From positions 35,712,001 through 35,776,000 of the forward strand of contig CM059444.1 in NCBI GenBank assembly GCA_030390025.1: a stretch of DNA of 64,000 bases, in the 5' to 3' direction. Positions 11,778 through 23,817 of this stretch are shown here, piece after piece. The notes below the pieces were generated by a model. That model worked only from the letters and a program-made list of their open reading frames with translations, had not been told where the DNA came from and did not search any database. The number at the start of each line of letters is the position of its first letter. Position 1 is the stretch's first letter. The position numbers were made by a program, and so were the translations under genes. This DNA comes from Squalus acanthias (taxonomy: Eukaryota).

Positions 11778-12364
11778 TAATTGTAATGCTTCCTACAGCC
11801 CTGGCTGAGAACAGCAGACTAGGGATGAAACCTGGGATCTTCCTAGTCTGTATAGCTCAGTTAAGATTGGATAAAACTCAGAGCTTCAAGTGCTGGTGTA
11901 CACAATGCTGAAAGTTGATTGGGTATTCTTGGAACTATGGCAGGAATATCTTTAGATAAATCAAGCTTCACTTTATAAAGCAATTCCTTTCCAAATCATT
12001 AGTTCATCCTCCAGGGACCGTTTAATCTGGCATCCTGTCCAATAATTATTCTTAAGATCAGCTAAATTTCAATGATAATCCTGCTCAGCAAAGTGATAAA
12101 ATCTTAAAAAGCTAAAGGCTCAGAAGTTTACGGCACAGGGGGCAGCCATCAGCCCATCATGTCTGTACCAGCCAAAAAAACTATCCCACTTTTTTTTTTA
12201 AGTCACCACTACTATCCTGGGTTGTTCAGAGGAGAGCAAGTGCAGGAGCAAGAAATACAGTTAGTCAGTCCTAGAGTATGACCATAACTAGAAAAGCAGC
12301 ACTCCAGAAATGGTCATGGACAAGAAGTTAAAAGCACATTTGATTTTCCAGACTTTTCCCTTAC

Positions 12365-12488
12365 CTTCCCCAGCTTCTGTGCAATCCACAGTAAAGTGAG
12401 TGGGCTCATTAGCTTTCAAACCAGTTCTTTCAACACCAGGACCAAACACCTTCACCTTTTGTGGATGACTCCCCTGACCAATATTGAT
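12365..12488 (-). CDS. FLNB: FLNB exon 15 (124 nt; [18 protein letters not shown]...CTEAGE)
   Basis: Translated by hand; tAG / GTAAG. Confidence 0.95.
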
Positions 12489-13098
12489 CTAAAAACACAA
12501 GTCAGTTTAGAAAAAGAAACTAAGCAGTCAGTTTAAACATGCCTGCGCTTCATAGCTCAGTAGATAAATATGCACGTGGTAGTGAACTGTACAAGAGTCA
12601 CAACTAATCTCAAAAGGGGCCATAATCCAGTTCCTAAAAATCTCTAGTAAAGAATGTGCTTCCAACCTCATTTCAAATTTAATTTGGGAATTTCCCCACA
12701 AGTAGCAGAGAGTTCAGCTTGTGCAAAGAAATGATGCGCAACACAACTTTCAGGTGCTCTATAACCTGCCCCCCCACTCCACTAAGAATTTTACTTATGG
12801 AGTCATTCAAAAAGACAGCCATGACATTCACGTCTTGAAGCCATATTTGACAAGTTAAAGAATGAGAGGCATGATGTCTTGGCAAGTTTTAGCATCAACA
12901 TCTGCATGAGGGAAAGATCTAGCAGGAAAAATAACTTATAATTAGCTACTGAATGGGAAATTTTTAAGTTATATTATGTTTTGCAAAGCAACACAGTCAG
13001 ACATTAGGAAACAAGCCGTGGACAAGATCAACAGCTCCCTACTACATGCAAGATTAATGGAATGAGACACATGCAGTGAAAGGTAATTCATCACTTAC

Positions 13099-13242
13099 TC
13101 TAAATGGGCTGTTGGAGACATTCACTCCTCCCCAAGCAACTGCAACAGTGTGTTTGATTGGCTTGGTAGGAGTGTAGGAACAGGCTGTTATTCCATCACC
13201 TTTACTCTTTACTTGAACATGGATAGGAATACCCTCTGAATC
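13099..13242 (-). CDS. FLNB: FLNB exon 14 (144 nt; [17 protein letters not shown]...SNSPFR)
   Basis: Translated by hand; tAG / GTAAGT. Confidence 0.95.
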
Positions 13243-13939
13243 CTATAGAGTGCAGATACAAAGTCACAAATAGAAAAGCTTCTCCATAATAAAGACCTAC
13301 TTGTTCAATGTCAAAAATCCAGTGGTAATAGTATCTTTGTCTGGCTTGCTTTTAATGCAAGATTGGGCATTTCCATTATTTTGTGATTTCTCAACAATTT
13401 TACCTTCATGTGCTGAAGTTTCCTCCTGTAACTTTGACCACAGCTATATAATTGCTGACAATACTGCAAATCTAAATATACAAACTTGTCTAAACCAAAA
13501 TGGGACTCCTAGTTCTCAAAGAGGCAACATTCATGGAAATCAGGGGGATCAAGATTTTTCTTCAACTTTACAAACCGAATTTCTGATTATAAGCCATCTG
13601 AAAGGATTTTCCCATAAAATGAAATTCTGAAATCAAGTTACTGGCATGTACAGATGAACACAGGCGTTATTAATTCACAGTACTACTGCAGCCCCTAAAC
13701 TACAGTCTGGGGCCCATTTCTATTCTGGTGCCAACACAGCGCTATAACCCAAGGGTTATTCACACTGATTATCGCAATAACTTCTCACTACTGCCCCCTG
13801 TCAATTCTCAATGGCCAGCATTTTTCCCAACCTGCATTTGTATCGTTCATGCATTAGACTTCTAGAAGGATAGTTGGGTGGTGGAGCCAATTCCAACATC
13901 TTCAAAATAGTGAAAACATGCAGAATTGGTTCCTCTTAC

Positions 13940-14053
13940 TTGTGCATATATTTTCAGTGGTGCCTTCCCAGCATCCTTAGCATCAACTGTGAATTCAGCT
14001 GGTTGATGAACAATGCAGCCAGTTTTCTCCAAGCCAGGACCATAGGCTTTAAC
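13940..14053 (-). CDS. FLNB: FLNB exon 13 (114 nt; [13 protein letters not shown]...LKIYAQ)
   Basis: ORF track 13862..14086; cAG / GTAAGA. Confidence 0.95.
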
Positions 14054-15299
14054 CTGGGAGAAAAAAAAAAACAACAAAAATGACACTCATCGTTCACAAG
14101 AGCACTCCAGTATTCCAACCATAGTTTCACAACTTTGTAGGCACACAGCTGCTGTTCAAAATACCCACATAAATCGAATGAAATCTTTTCAGGATTAATC
14201 ATTAATTTATGCAAGAAATGTCAACTTGAGTCTTAGTTTCCTGTGATCTTTAAGCTTGTAAACACCCAACCACTTCAGGTGACTTTGCTTTCTAACTTTT
14301 TGATCTTGGTGGTGTATGGCAGTATGCACCTTGAACATTGTAAGATATAGCTTAGAAAACACATACATGCTTATTTAAATATTTTACGTGTTGGATCTCC
14401 CACAAGAGCCAGACAAATGGGCTGCGAACAAGATGAGGAAGTCCTTGATGAGATATAGCAAGTCATCAACCTCCCACAATAGCTAGACTAACAATAGGAT
14501 AAGACAAGATATAAAACAGTACAAGTCCTGCATGGAAATGTAGAGAAAGAGTCCTGAAGTCAACATTCCTCCCAGTGGAAACAAGCAATATCGTGTTTGT
14601 TGCATTAAAATCACTAACTTGAAGTACTAGGCCATTCTTGAGCGCAAGAATTGTGTTTTGCTAGTGAATCAGCTCGTTAACACTGTTCTTTTAAATCTAT
14701 TAATAAATATATCTGCTACACATCATATTGGTTCAGTCTTTGGAATCTTACAAGCACCTTGGTTTATCAACTTAGAAAGAAAACATCCCATTTTTTATAA
14801 TCAAGAATGGTACTTGGTTTTACCCATTATGGTATTTGTTTAACAATGTATTTATCTCTGGCATCTAAAATCTAGATAGACTACAAAAGAAGCTTTCAGT
14901 ATCTCCTTCTGGCATAAGTGGATTCCAGAGGGTGCATCACAGAGTGGTGGGGCACAACTTCAATGTCCTACCTTCCTGCAGCACCAACCGCCCCCCCCCC
15001 CCGACCCCAACCCAACCCTCCAGTCATCAAAATTCTCCATTCATCAGACAATAGTCAGGCTGTGACCCCAGACTAGCTACTTGAAGCCATCTAAGAATGC
15101 TCACATTATTGACCAGTGGTCTGGACACAGGATAACTGTCCCTTCCTGCTTGGGCACATTATTCAAGGGATAGGCAAGGAGGTGTTTTGGGGTGTCAGGA
15201 AACAAGGTCACTCAAGAACCTCATTAAATATTTGTGAACTCAGACAAACAGATCAGCAATTTTTTGAAATTCACAATGCATAGTATTCATTACTCTTAC

Positions 15300-15493
15300 C
15301 TTATCTGGATGAAAGGAACTTGATGCAGGCTGGATGGTGGCCATAAAAGGACTATCCACAATGTCCTCATCATCACACAAAACATGTACTGCATATTCAC
15401 CAGGTTCCGTAGGCCAGTAGCGTACATTACAGGAGCCATCACTCTGGTCATCACATTCAATCTTAGCTTGAGAGGGGCCCTCTACTGCAAAAC
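15300..15493 (-). CDS. FLNB: FLNB exon 12 (194 nt; [14 protein letters not shown]...FHPDK)
   Basis: ORF track 15240..15506; tAG / GTAAGA. Confidence 0.95.
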
Positions 15494-15614
15494 CTAAGAC
15501 AGACATTTACATTAATCTTCCAACCTTCATAGATTGGAAATTCAATAAAGCAAATAATCTCGTGAACCAGTGTTACTTGTTGCATATTTTGGATTATCCA
15601 AGGAGAAAATGAGA

Positions 15615-16010
15615 GTTTAGAAGAGTGAGGTGATCTCATTGAAACATAGGATTCTGAGGGGGAAGGACAGGGTAGATGCCGAGAGGTTGTTTCCCCTGGC
15701 TGGAGAGTCTTGAACTAGGGGGCATCGTCTCAGGATAAGGAGTCAGCCATTTAAGACTGAGATGAGGAGGAATTTCTTCAGAGGGTTGTGAATCTTTGGA
15801 ATTCTCTATCCCAAAGGGCTGTGGATGCAGAGTTGTTGAGTATATTCAAGGCGGAGATATAAATTTTTGGACTCTAGGAGAAATCAAGGGATATGTGGAT
15901 CAGGCGGTAAAGTGGATTTGAGGTTGAAGATCAGCCATGATCTTACTGAATGGCGGAGCAGGCTCAAAGGGCTGCATGGCCTACTCCTGCTCCTAATTAT
16001 GTTCTTCTGT
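15615..16010 (+). mobile_element. CR1-clade (HER1-like) LINE 3' fragment
   Basis: End of ORF2 (gagatgaggaggaatttcttca, tggaattctct) and 3' tail ggcctactcctgctcct shared with 27409-28372. Confidence 0.85.
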
Positions 16011-16480
16011 ACAAATTAACATTTTCTTGCATATGGCAAAGAACACCACATTTGGCCCACCTGCAATAGGATGAGCTTTTCATTTTAGTAACTGGCTCAC
16101 TGAAGCAAGGTTTTATTTTTCTATTTCATTCAACTTTGATATTCCAGTTTTAACAAGCCAAAGCCAAATAAATGTCACTTTCACTTTTTAATTGAAGTTG
16201 TATCATCACAGCACAATGTTGGAGTGCCTTGTAAAGCCAATTTGATGTGGCAAATCTATTTGCCAAAACAAAGTTTGTGGTAAAAGTGCAACATCTGGCA
16301 CAAAGCAACATTATGTAGGGGAGTTTCTGGAGCAGGTTAATGCAGAACTCCTCCTGCCCATCAACTCCCCAGCACAGTGTAAGAGGGGAAAATCTTCATT
16401 TGAGTCTCCCCAACTAACCTGAACTAAATTGTACTTTAAAGATTACATTATTGCTGCACTTATAATCTACTTGTAAACCC

Positions 16481-17284
16481 TGTTGTAATGTGCCCTGGGT
16501 AGAAGCAGTTAGATTTTAAATGTAGGCGTTGTGCCTCCCTTGACTAAGATTAAAAAAAGCGAAAAACAAGCGAAAACAGACAGCTTGTCTGTGGGAACAC
16601 ACAACTGGCAAGGTCATATGTGGCTGCCACTGTGTGGACTGTTAGGATATCTGCAGGGAATTAAAAACATCTTTACCTATGGCGACATGTTCCATTTGTG
16701 TTGCCATAACTACCCTAGATATGAGTCTTGGTCAAAAACAGATGATGTCAGGGTGTCTGGAGATGAGGACCAGACACAGGCAGGCAGGATCATTAGGTTC
16801 GTGCCATCCCTGTAATTGGACAGGGGGAGTTTCAGGTGCAAGTCAATGATTGGTCCCCATAGGCTAGGCTTTGCTGGGAAGTATAAGAAGGGGTCTCTCG
16901 AACACTTAGGTTGTAGGGGTATTCAGCAAGAAGCTTGGGAACATCCAACAGACGAGCGAGGAGGGTTTCTGGTTGGCCGAGGACCCACGAGTCACACTGA
17001 GCAGACGAACAAGCCTAGAGGCCAGGTCCAACAAAGGGGGGGGGCTGTTGTTCACACCGGGCAGACCAGGGGTTGGCCCGTGGAGATCACGTCTTCTACC
17101 CAGGGCTCAACGGTAATATAAACCTTGATTGCGCCAAGTTTAACTACTGCTCTGATGCTGTAATGTATCAAGTCTCACTTTCACTAAATAAAATAGAATT
17201 ACTGTCACCAACACGGGTTAAGTCGAATCTTGCAGAACTTAGGAGTGAAAGGGTTAATTGGCACACCGACCTAGAAACTCAACA
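16481..17284 (+). mobile_element. Possible solo LTR
   Basis: TGTTG...CAACA termini, TATA-like TATAAG near 16882, AATAAA near 17187, GC content above flanks; no clear target-site duplication. Confidence 0.35.
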
Positions 17285-17367
17285 GGGACACCACTGCAGT
17301 GTCCAAAATACTTAATGGTTGTTGCAATGTTTAATGTAGAACAATTTTGCAAAACAAACAACCTTAC

Positions 17368-17504
17368 CTAACACACCAACATCTGTTCCAATGGTTTCTA
17401 CTACAAAGTCTGCAGACTTGCCAACAAGCCCTCCATCAAGGCCTGGTCCCCAGGCTCTGATCTTTTGAGGACCTGCTTCAGGTCCAATCTGAATTTCAAA
17501 AGGA
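17368..17504 (-). CDS. FLNB: FLNB exon 11 (137 nt; [22 protein letters not shown]...TDVGVL)
   Basis: Translated by hand; tAG / GTAAGG. Confidence 0.95.
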
Positions 17505-17771
17505 CTAAATGGAAGAGAACAAGTTTCAGTCTGTTGAAGCTGAAGTAACCATCACAAAATTCTAGTCATTTGGACTAAGTGTCTGCAAGCCGAAGGGTCT
17601 AGATTTTCACTTTCTTGCGCTACATTTAACACTACACAAAGTTAAGAATTCTTGTAATGCCAAGGTTTAAAGTGTAGATCCTGTGGACACATTATCCAAC
17701 ACCGCAGGGAATTGAAAAACCACTTTCATAGGAATTGTTTTACATTTAACCAGTAACAGTGGCTGAAGTTT

Positions 17772-18533
17772 TAATGGCCCAGAAATTGATCCGGCTGCGC
17801 GAGAGTACGCACAGTGTACACTCAGGCAGCCAGACTTCAATTGCCGGTTTTCAGCATGCACTGCGCATGCACTGAAAACCGGCAATTGATCTTTCGAAAA
17901 GGGGGCGGGGCCTGGGTGCACCGCGTGCGCGCTACAGGCTGCGCGCACGCAGTGCACTTCATCGCTTGCGCACGCAGGTAAGTATTGAAGAATCTGGAAA
18001 AGTAAAAAGCAGGCGCAGGAGACTCTTTTAACCAGGTAAGTACATAATTAAGTAGTATTTAGAATTTTTTTTTACAGGTAAATCTTTAGTAGCGACTTTA
18101 AAGACAGGTAAGTTTATTTTTATAACATTTTAAAAGATTTAAAATTTTTTCAAAAATTTATTTTTTTGTTTAAAAAGGTTAATTTATTTAATTACACTTA
18201 TTTTAATTATGTGATGGGTTTTTTTTTTAATTTAATGGAGGTTTAGCTCTTCTTTTGGGGGCTTGTTGTATTCCTAGTTTTCACAGCAGTTCAATGGCCG
18301 CTGTGAATTCTATGAATGAGAGCTTGGTGTGCTGCCATTGGCTGTAACTCAGTCACGTGATCCCACAGTACGCTCGAACTAACTTCGCACTGTGGGATCA
18401 CGATGCACTCGCAGCTGATGGCTGGAACATGAAGTTCCAGCGAGCTGGGACTGAAAAAGCCAACGCGCAGTGAGACATCGCGGGAAGGGCTTACCCTCGC
18501 ACGAACCCTCACACTGCAATTTCTGGGCCATTA
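17772..18533. mobile_element. Non-autonomous TIR DNA element with CpG-rich arms, AT-rich core and internal hairpins
   Basis: Perfect 17-bp terminal IR TAATGGCCCAGAAATTG / CAATTTCTGGGCCATTA; superfamily not assignable. Confidence 0.8.
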
Positions 18534-19187
18534 TTTCTACAGCTGTTCACACTTTGCTTCTGTTAGTTACACTAACTGGAAAAAGTCAGCTCTTCAAAAA
18601 GTCAGATACAATCATTTAAGAATGAATCAGGAACAGTCAGCATTTTTTTTGTTGCAAACAGTACATCTGTTACCCACCAAGGGAGAAGGTTTTTTTAAGA
18701 ATATGCGGCAGCTTTAGATTAATTTAGGGCTGAGGGAAGGGAAAGATCCAGGTGAAATATGTTCGATAGAATATGCAATAGTTTAAGCTGTAAGGATATG
18801 TACAAAGTTACAAACGGTGGGTGGGTGGACAATGTGAAGAGAGGCAATTTACTTTGTTTGAAGCCCTTGATAGAGCTTTTGGAAGTTTGCTCTTTTAAAT
18901 GTGTTTCATGCTAATCAAGAAATGGAGACTGTAAAATGGAGGGTGGAAAGAATGATCCAGTAGCAGACTGCACTCGCTAGTGCCACTGGACAAGAGAGCA
19001 GTATTTCAAGCTAAAATGGCACGGCTCTGAACGTAATCCCAACTTGGAGGAGTTACTTGAAGAAACAACTCAATCCTTTTTGAACTAGAAATAAAACTAG
19101 CAGCTTAGTTATTCTCCTTTAACATATTGGTCTCAGTTTTAAAGTCTGTGGAAACCATCCATCGAAACATAGGCTTTCTGCACTCAC

Positions 19188-19320
19188 CTCCTGGGAATGT
19201 TATGGCCACCCCATGTAATGGTAACAATGTGCTTCCCAGGCGTGACAGGATAGTACTCATAAGGAAAGGCATCCCTGCCATCCAGAAGGTCCCTTTGCTT
19301 CACTGGCTGCTCCAAGCCTT
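19188..19320 (-). CDS. FLNB: FLNB exon 10 (133 nt; [25 protein letters not shown]...HNIPR)
   Basis: Translated by hand; cAG / GTGAGT. Confidence 0.93.
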
Positions 19321-19572
19321 CTGTCGAGACAGATCAACAGAAGTAGTTCAGGCTATAAAAATACATTAGTTTGGCCTAACCAACATCATTACTTGTTTCA
19401 AGGCCCTCTTACCAGATGGCCACGAAGAAAAACAACCTTGCCTGTATATTTACCTTGGTTATTTCTCTTATTCTAGATGTCCACATGGGAATATTAAAAG
19501 ATCACTTCACAAATTACATCATTTAACAATAAAGATTGGTAATGTTTTGTTTTCCAGTCCTACATTTAACTA

Positions 19573-19997
19573 CAGGAAACTTTCGTATATCCGGCATCGA
19601 CGGGACCGGCGTGGTGCCGGTTTATCGAAAGTACCGGATAACAGAGAGTTATATCTACCGAGGCTATTTTTAACAAAGAGACTCCAAGCAGCACGGGAGA
19701 ATCTACTCATGCTACTGCAATGTTTCGGACTTGCGACAGCGCCAGGAGGCCGAGTAGTGGCACTTTTGAAAAGTACCCCTACTGACTAAATCGGCGTTCG
19801 CGGACTCAGACTCGGACTCGGGATCGGCAACATTGCCGGTTATTTGAGAGGATTTTTCGGAGCACTCGGCGTTCGCGGAGACTCGACTGCGACTCGGCAA
19901 CATTGCCGGTTATTTGAGAGGAGTTTTCGGAGGATGATTTTTGCCGGTTAAGCGAGAATTCCGGATATTTGGGTGCCGGATAAACGAAAGTTTCCTG
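19573..19997. mobile_element. Young pogo/Tigger-type MITE, copy 1
   Basis: TIR CAGGAAACTTTCGTWTATCCGGCA, TA flanks, near-identical to 56455-56877. Confidence 0.9.
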
Positions 19998-20813
19998 TAT
20001 ATGGTTGCCTGGCAGCACAATATCCAATAAAAAACCAGCAGCCTGCTATTTTATTGATAAAGAATAGCACATTTCACTTGATGCCCAAATGTTCTTTAAA
20101 AGGGCATGCACACTTAACCCACTTTCCAGAAAGCAAGACCACAAACATCAAGATGAATGGATTTGGTTTTATTTGCCAAATCCAAAGTGTTTGCTTATGA
20201 ATAAGCATCCTCTTTCAGTACATTTACAGAACATCCATGACATTGCAATTTTGAGATTTAGCAAAATATTTCATTAGGGTCCATTTGACAGTTATCACAT
20301 TCAAAAATGCAACAAAATCTAAATACAATTTATAATGACCATGTGACTATCACTAATGTGACATGAACAAGGAATTTCTTTAAAAAGCTTAACTTTAGAA
20401 TCCTAGCAATAGTCTGAATACTAGTCTTGACCACATTGAGCTTCTTTTTGCCCTTAACTGGCAGAATTTGGATACAGCACTAATCAAATACTGTACAATA
20501 CTACAAAATCCCCTGTACAGTCTGGGGAATATGGCAGAATCATGTAGACTTGGTGTAGAACAGTGACCCTTAAACTCAAGTGCTATTCCAAATTTATATA
20601 TATATTTTTTTTTTTAAAGTGGTAAGCAGCAAGAAGCCTAGACAGAGAGTAAACCTGAATCTTAAACTCAATTAATGGAATGCAAGTGAATTCTGCCAAC
20701 AGGTAATGCTTGTCCAGTTTGTGTTTTGGAGAGGGATGAGGAAAATTAGTTAATTGAGTCACTTACCTATTCTAGTAAAGCCTGAATACAAAAACCCTTT
20801 TGTCAAAACTTAC

Positions 20814-20951
20814 TTGGTCCCTTCACCAACACTTTCAGGTCACCACTTCCAGCCCCTTTAGTATCAACTTTGAAGTCAGCAACTTGACGAATTCTCAGTC
20901 CTTTAGGTTGTAGGCCTCGTCCAGTAGCACGACAAGCATTGGGGTTACAAG
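20814..20951 (-). CDS. FLNB: FLNB exon 9 (138 nt; [18 protein letters not shown]...LVKGP)
   Basis: Translated by hand; cAG / GTAAGT. Confidence 0.95.
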
Positions 20952-22028
20952 CTGGAACAGAAAAGTTGAAATTCATGTGTAGTCTGGTGACCAGTTTCTT
21001 TTTTTGGGGTTAGGTGTGGAACAAGGAGGGAGGAGATGAAAGTGAACACTATTAATGGAGATAAATGGCACCTGTGTCTTTACTGAAGATTGGGCACAGT
21101 ACATTTAGTAAAGCTAATAAAGTTAACATGATGCTTGATAGACAAGGGTTAAAAATAAAACCCAAAAAGCCTCATCTACATGTCACTACAAATACAAAGA
21201 TGTCTACCAACTCAAATAGATTTCCAATCAAGTTAGCATTATAGGGGATGCCAAAACACCATTAACTTTCATTCTAGCCAAATGTTTCCTAGGAAAAAGC
21301 TTGGATCCATTACAAACATGGAATTGGTCAATACCTTTGGTACTACAATGAATGAAACCTGGAAACCAAAGCAAAACTTCAAATATTTCAAACTATTTAT
21401 ATTGGAAATTTTACTGTGCATTACCAAATTAACCTGCTTGAAATGTAACCATAACTGTTTTTCCTGATATGTTCAGTAATTGTTTGCATACATTCCAGAT
21501 TAATAAAAACTGGACTTTCACTTCATAGCACTTTCCCTAAAATGCACAAGTGAAAATGAAACTGCAAACAGTTTCTCACTAGCCACCCAGTCAATGTTAC
21601 TACTTCAAAGAATTCAAAAATAAACAGTGGTTCAGAAACAAAACTTGGCCTCAAATAGGATTTTTGTAGGCAAAAGGAACTGCATTAAAAACTGTTTGAG
21701 TAGGTACAGAGGTGAATGAATTAAAAAAAAATATATTTCTTAATTGTTGACTTGTGGACCTAGATAAGCAGATCAAACTTCTGGAAATGGATATACATTG
21801 GATTGAATTCAAGATATTGTTTATCAACTATAAATATTCTCAAAACTACAATAAAAGTCTGTTATTTTTCATACTCTACTAAATCTACAGGATACAACAC
21901 TTATTGGCTGCAGTAGGACTTCAAGCTTATCGTTGAAGGCAAGATAACTTCATTTTCTTTCTTCTAAAGGAAACTTGCAATCTTGAGCATACAGGTTTTA
22001 AAGCCATCATGAATTTAAAAACCAGGAA

Positions 22029-22790
22029 GGGCTGAATTTTAATGGGGGAAGTCAGGTTGAGGGGGCTCCAAAGCAGTCAGGAAACCCAGGAGAACAGGTT
22101 TCCCGCAGACACTGCCAAATTTAAACGGCAGGGCCCTGATTTGCACAGGAAGCCAGTTTCCCACCCGCAGCCAGCCAGATTGAGGCACAGGCTGGCTCTG
22201 ACGGGTAGGCCTACAGCACCGAGGAGGGAGGGATAGTGTGGGGCTGGGGAGTGGCCAGAGGAGTATGGGGGGGGGGGGAAAGAGAGGGGGCGGTCAGCAA
22301 ATTCATTGTGGGCCAGGGAGTGGTCAGAGGAGTGTGGGGTGTGGAGTTGGCAAGTTCATCACAGGCTGGGGATGGCCAGAGAGGAGTGGGGGAATCCCAA
22401 GAGGACCAGTTGGAGGGAGGAGATTGGAGCCTAGTGTGGTTTGGTGGGGGGGGGGGGGGGGGGGGGGGGGTGTGGTCTCTGATCGCAGGGTGTGGGTTAG
22501 GCAGGGACCCTGGGTCTAGGAGGCAAGTATAAAAGCACTTACTTCCTGGGTCCAGCAGTCCGCAGGCCTGTGAAACCCAACCAGCTAAAGTTTGATACAA
22601 AATGGAGGTTAAAGCAGAGGCTTTCAGCCTCATTATATCTAAATAAACCACCCGCCTCCTGGCAGCAGATTGGCTGCCCCCCGTCCTGCCTCTGTTAAAA
22701 CCATAAGTGGGCAGGTTCAGGTCAGGATTCAGATTTACCACCAACTACCCACACACCCCAACCCAGCTTTTTTTTGGTTAAAACTCTCCC
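22029..22790. mobile_element. GC-rich non-autonomous DNA element with G-rich low-complexity interior
   Basis: Imperfect terminal IR gggctgaattttaa / ttaaaactctccc; sharp composition change against flanks. Confidence 0.55.
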
Positions 22791-22874
22791 TCCCCAGAAG
22801 TGTCTCCAACTCAGTTTACCTGGCCAAAAGATATTTATAGTAAAAAGAAAAAAAAGCAGACGTATGTTACCTAC

Positions 22875-23072
22875 CTTCACCTATATTGACAGAATACGGG
22901 CTCTTGGGTATTGGCGAGTCTGCAAACGAAATTCGGATTGTGTGGTGTCCTGCTTGCACAGGTCTGTAGCTGCACCGATAGTTATTGTTCCCCTTATCTT
23001 CAATCATTACTTCAGTGTTGTTGTTACCCTGAGGATCCACTATCACCACTGCAACAATACCTACCCCAGCAC
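22875..23072 (-). CDS. FLNB: FLNB exon 8 (198 nt; GAGVGIVAVVIVDPQG...SVNIGE)
   Basis: ORF track 22867..23049; tAG / GTAGGT. Confidence 0.95.
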
Positions 23073-23654
23073 CTATTTAAAAAAGGCACAGGTCATGTTA
23101 TTTATACTTAATTAACTTTGTCTGTAAATCAGCACAACTTGATACACTTTCAAAGTTCCACTAGCTGCCTACTTTCAAAAACCTCACGCAGTCACTCAGA
23201 TTAAACAGCTAAAGCTGTATTTTAGCATGTAGCTGCTGAAATCTTTGTACAAGCAAATATCCTTGCCAAATACTGACTGCAACTCAAAATGCAATGTAGC
23301 CATTGCAAATACTGGTTTCAGCAAAACATTTGCCCCAAAACTTGTAGTGCTAGCCAACCCTCTCTGAAGAGCAAAGTTCCCATAGAAATTTTAAAGGATG
23401 CTCCACATTAACATTCAGGTAATTTTTTTTTTTTTAAAAGCTATGATCAAAATTCAATAGGTAGCTGGAATACATCTAAAATCTTCAGCATGGGCCATAT
23501 TAATTCAAAGAATTTAGTCTTCCATATGCATGTGATCACTCCACATTGTGTAAAATGGGATTTTCAGACAATGCAAAACAGCAGCAGCAGTTTGAAGAAC
23601 AATTTAAAAAAGGGGCGACTTTTACTTTCCTCCCCTCCCAGACCTCAAGTATAC

Positions 23655-23817
23655 CTGCTGTATAAATGTCAAAGTAGGTTGGCTTATTGGCAATATTTCC
23701 TGTAGAATCCAAGCCAGGTCCTCGTGCAGTCACTTTACTAGCATCACCTTGAGCCTTGTCAATGTTGACTTCAAAAGGACTCTTGGATATGTGCTGTCCA
23801 GCAAATAAAACTGTAAT
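23655..23817 (-). CDS. FLNB: FLNB exon 7 (163 nt; [15 protein letters not shown]...FDIYTA)
   Basis: ORF track 23536..23832; cAG / GTATAC. Confidence 0.95.

Noticed and set aside
19791-19932. CRISPR-like direct repeats
   Set aside because: Only two units, no unique spacers, inside a eukaryotic transposon
19547-20027. Duplicated small ORFs (also 56436-56886) suggesting a repeated gene
   Set aside because: They are incidental frames in two copies of a TA-flanked MITE
22211-22744. 177-aa proline-rich ORF and overlapping Gly-rich ORFs
   Set aside because: Products of G/C low-complexity sequence inside a non-autonomous repeat
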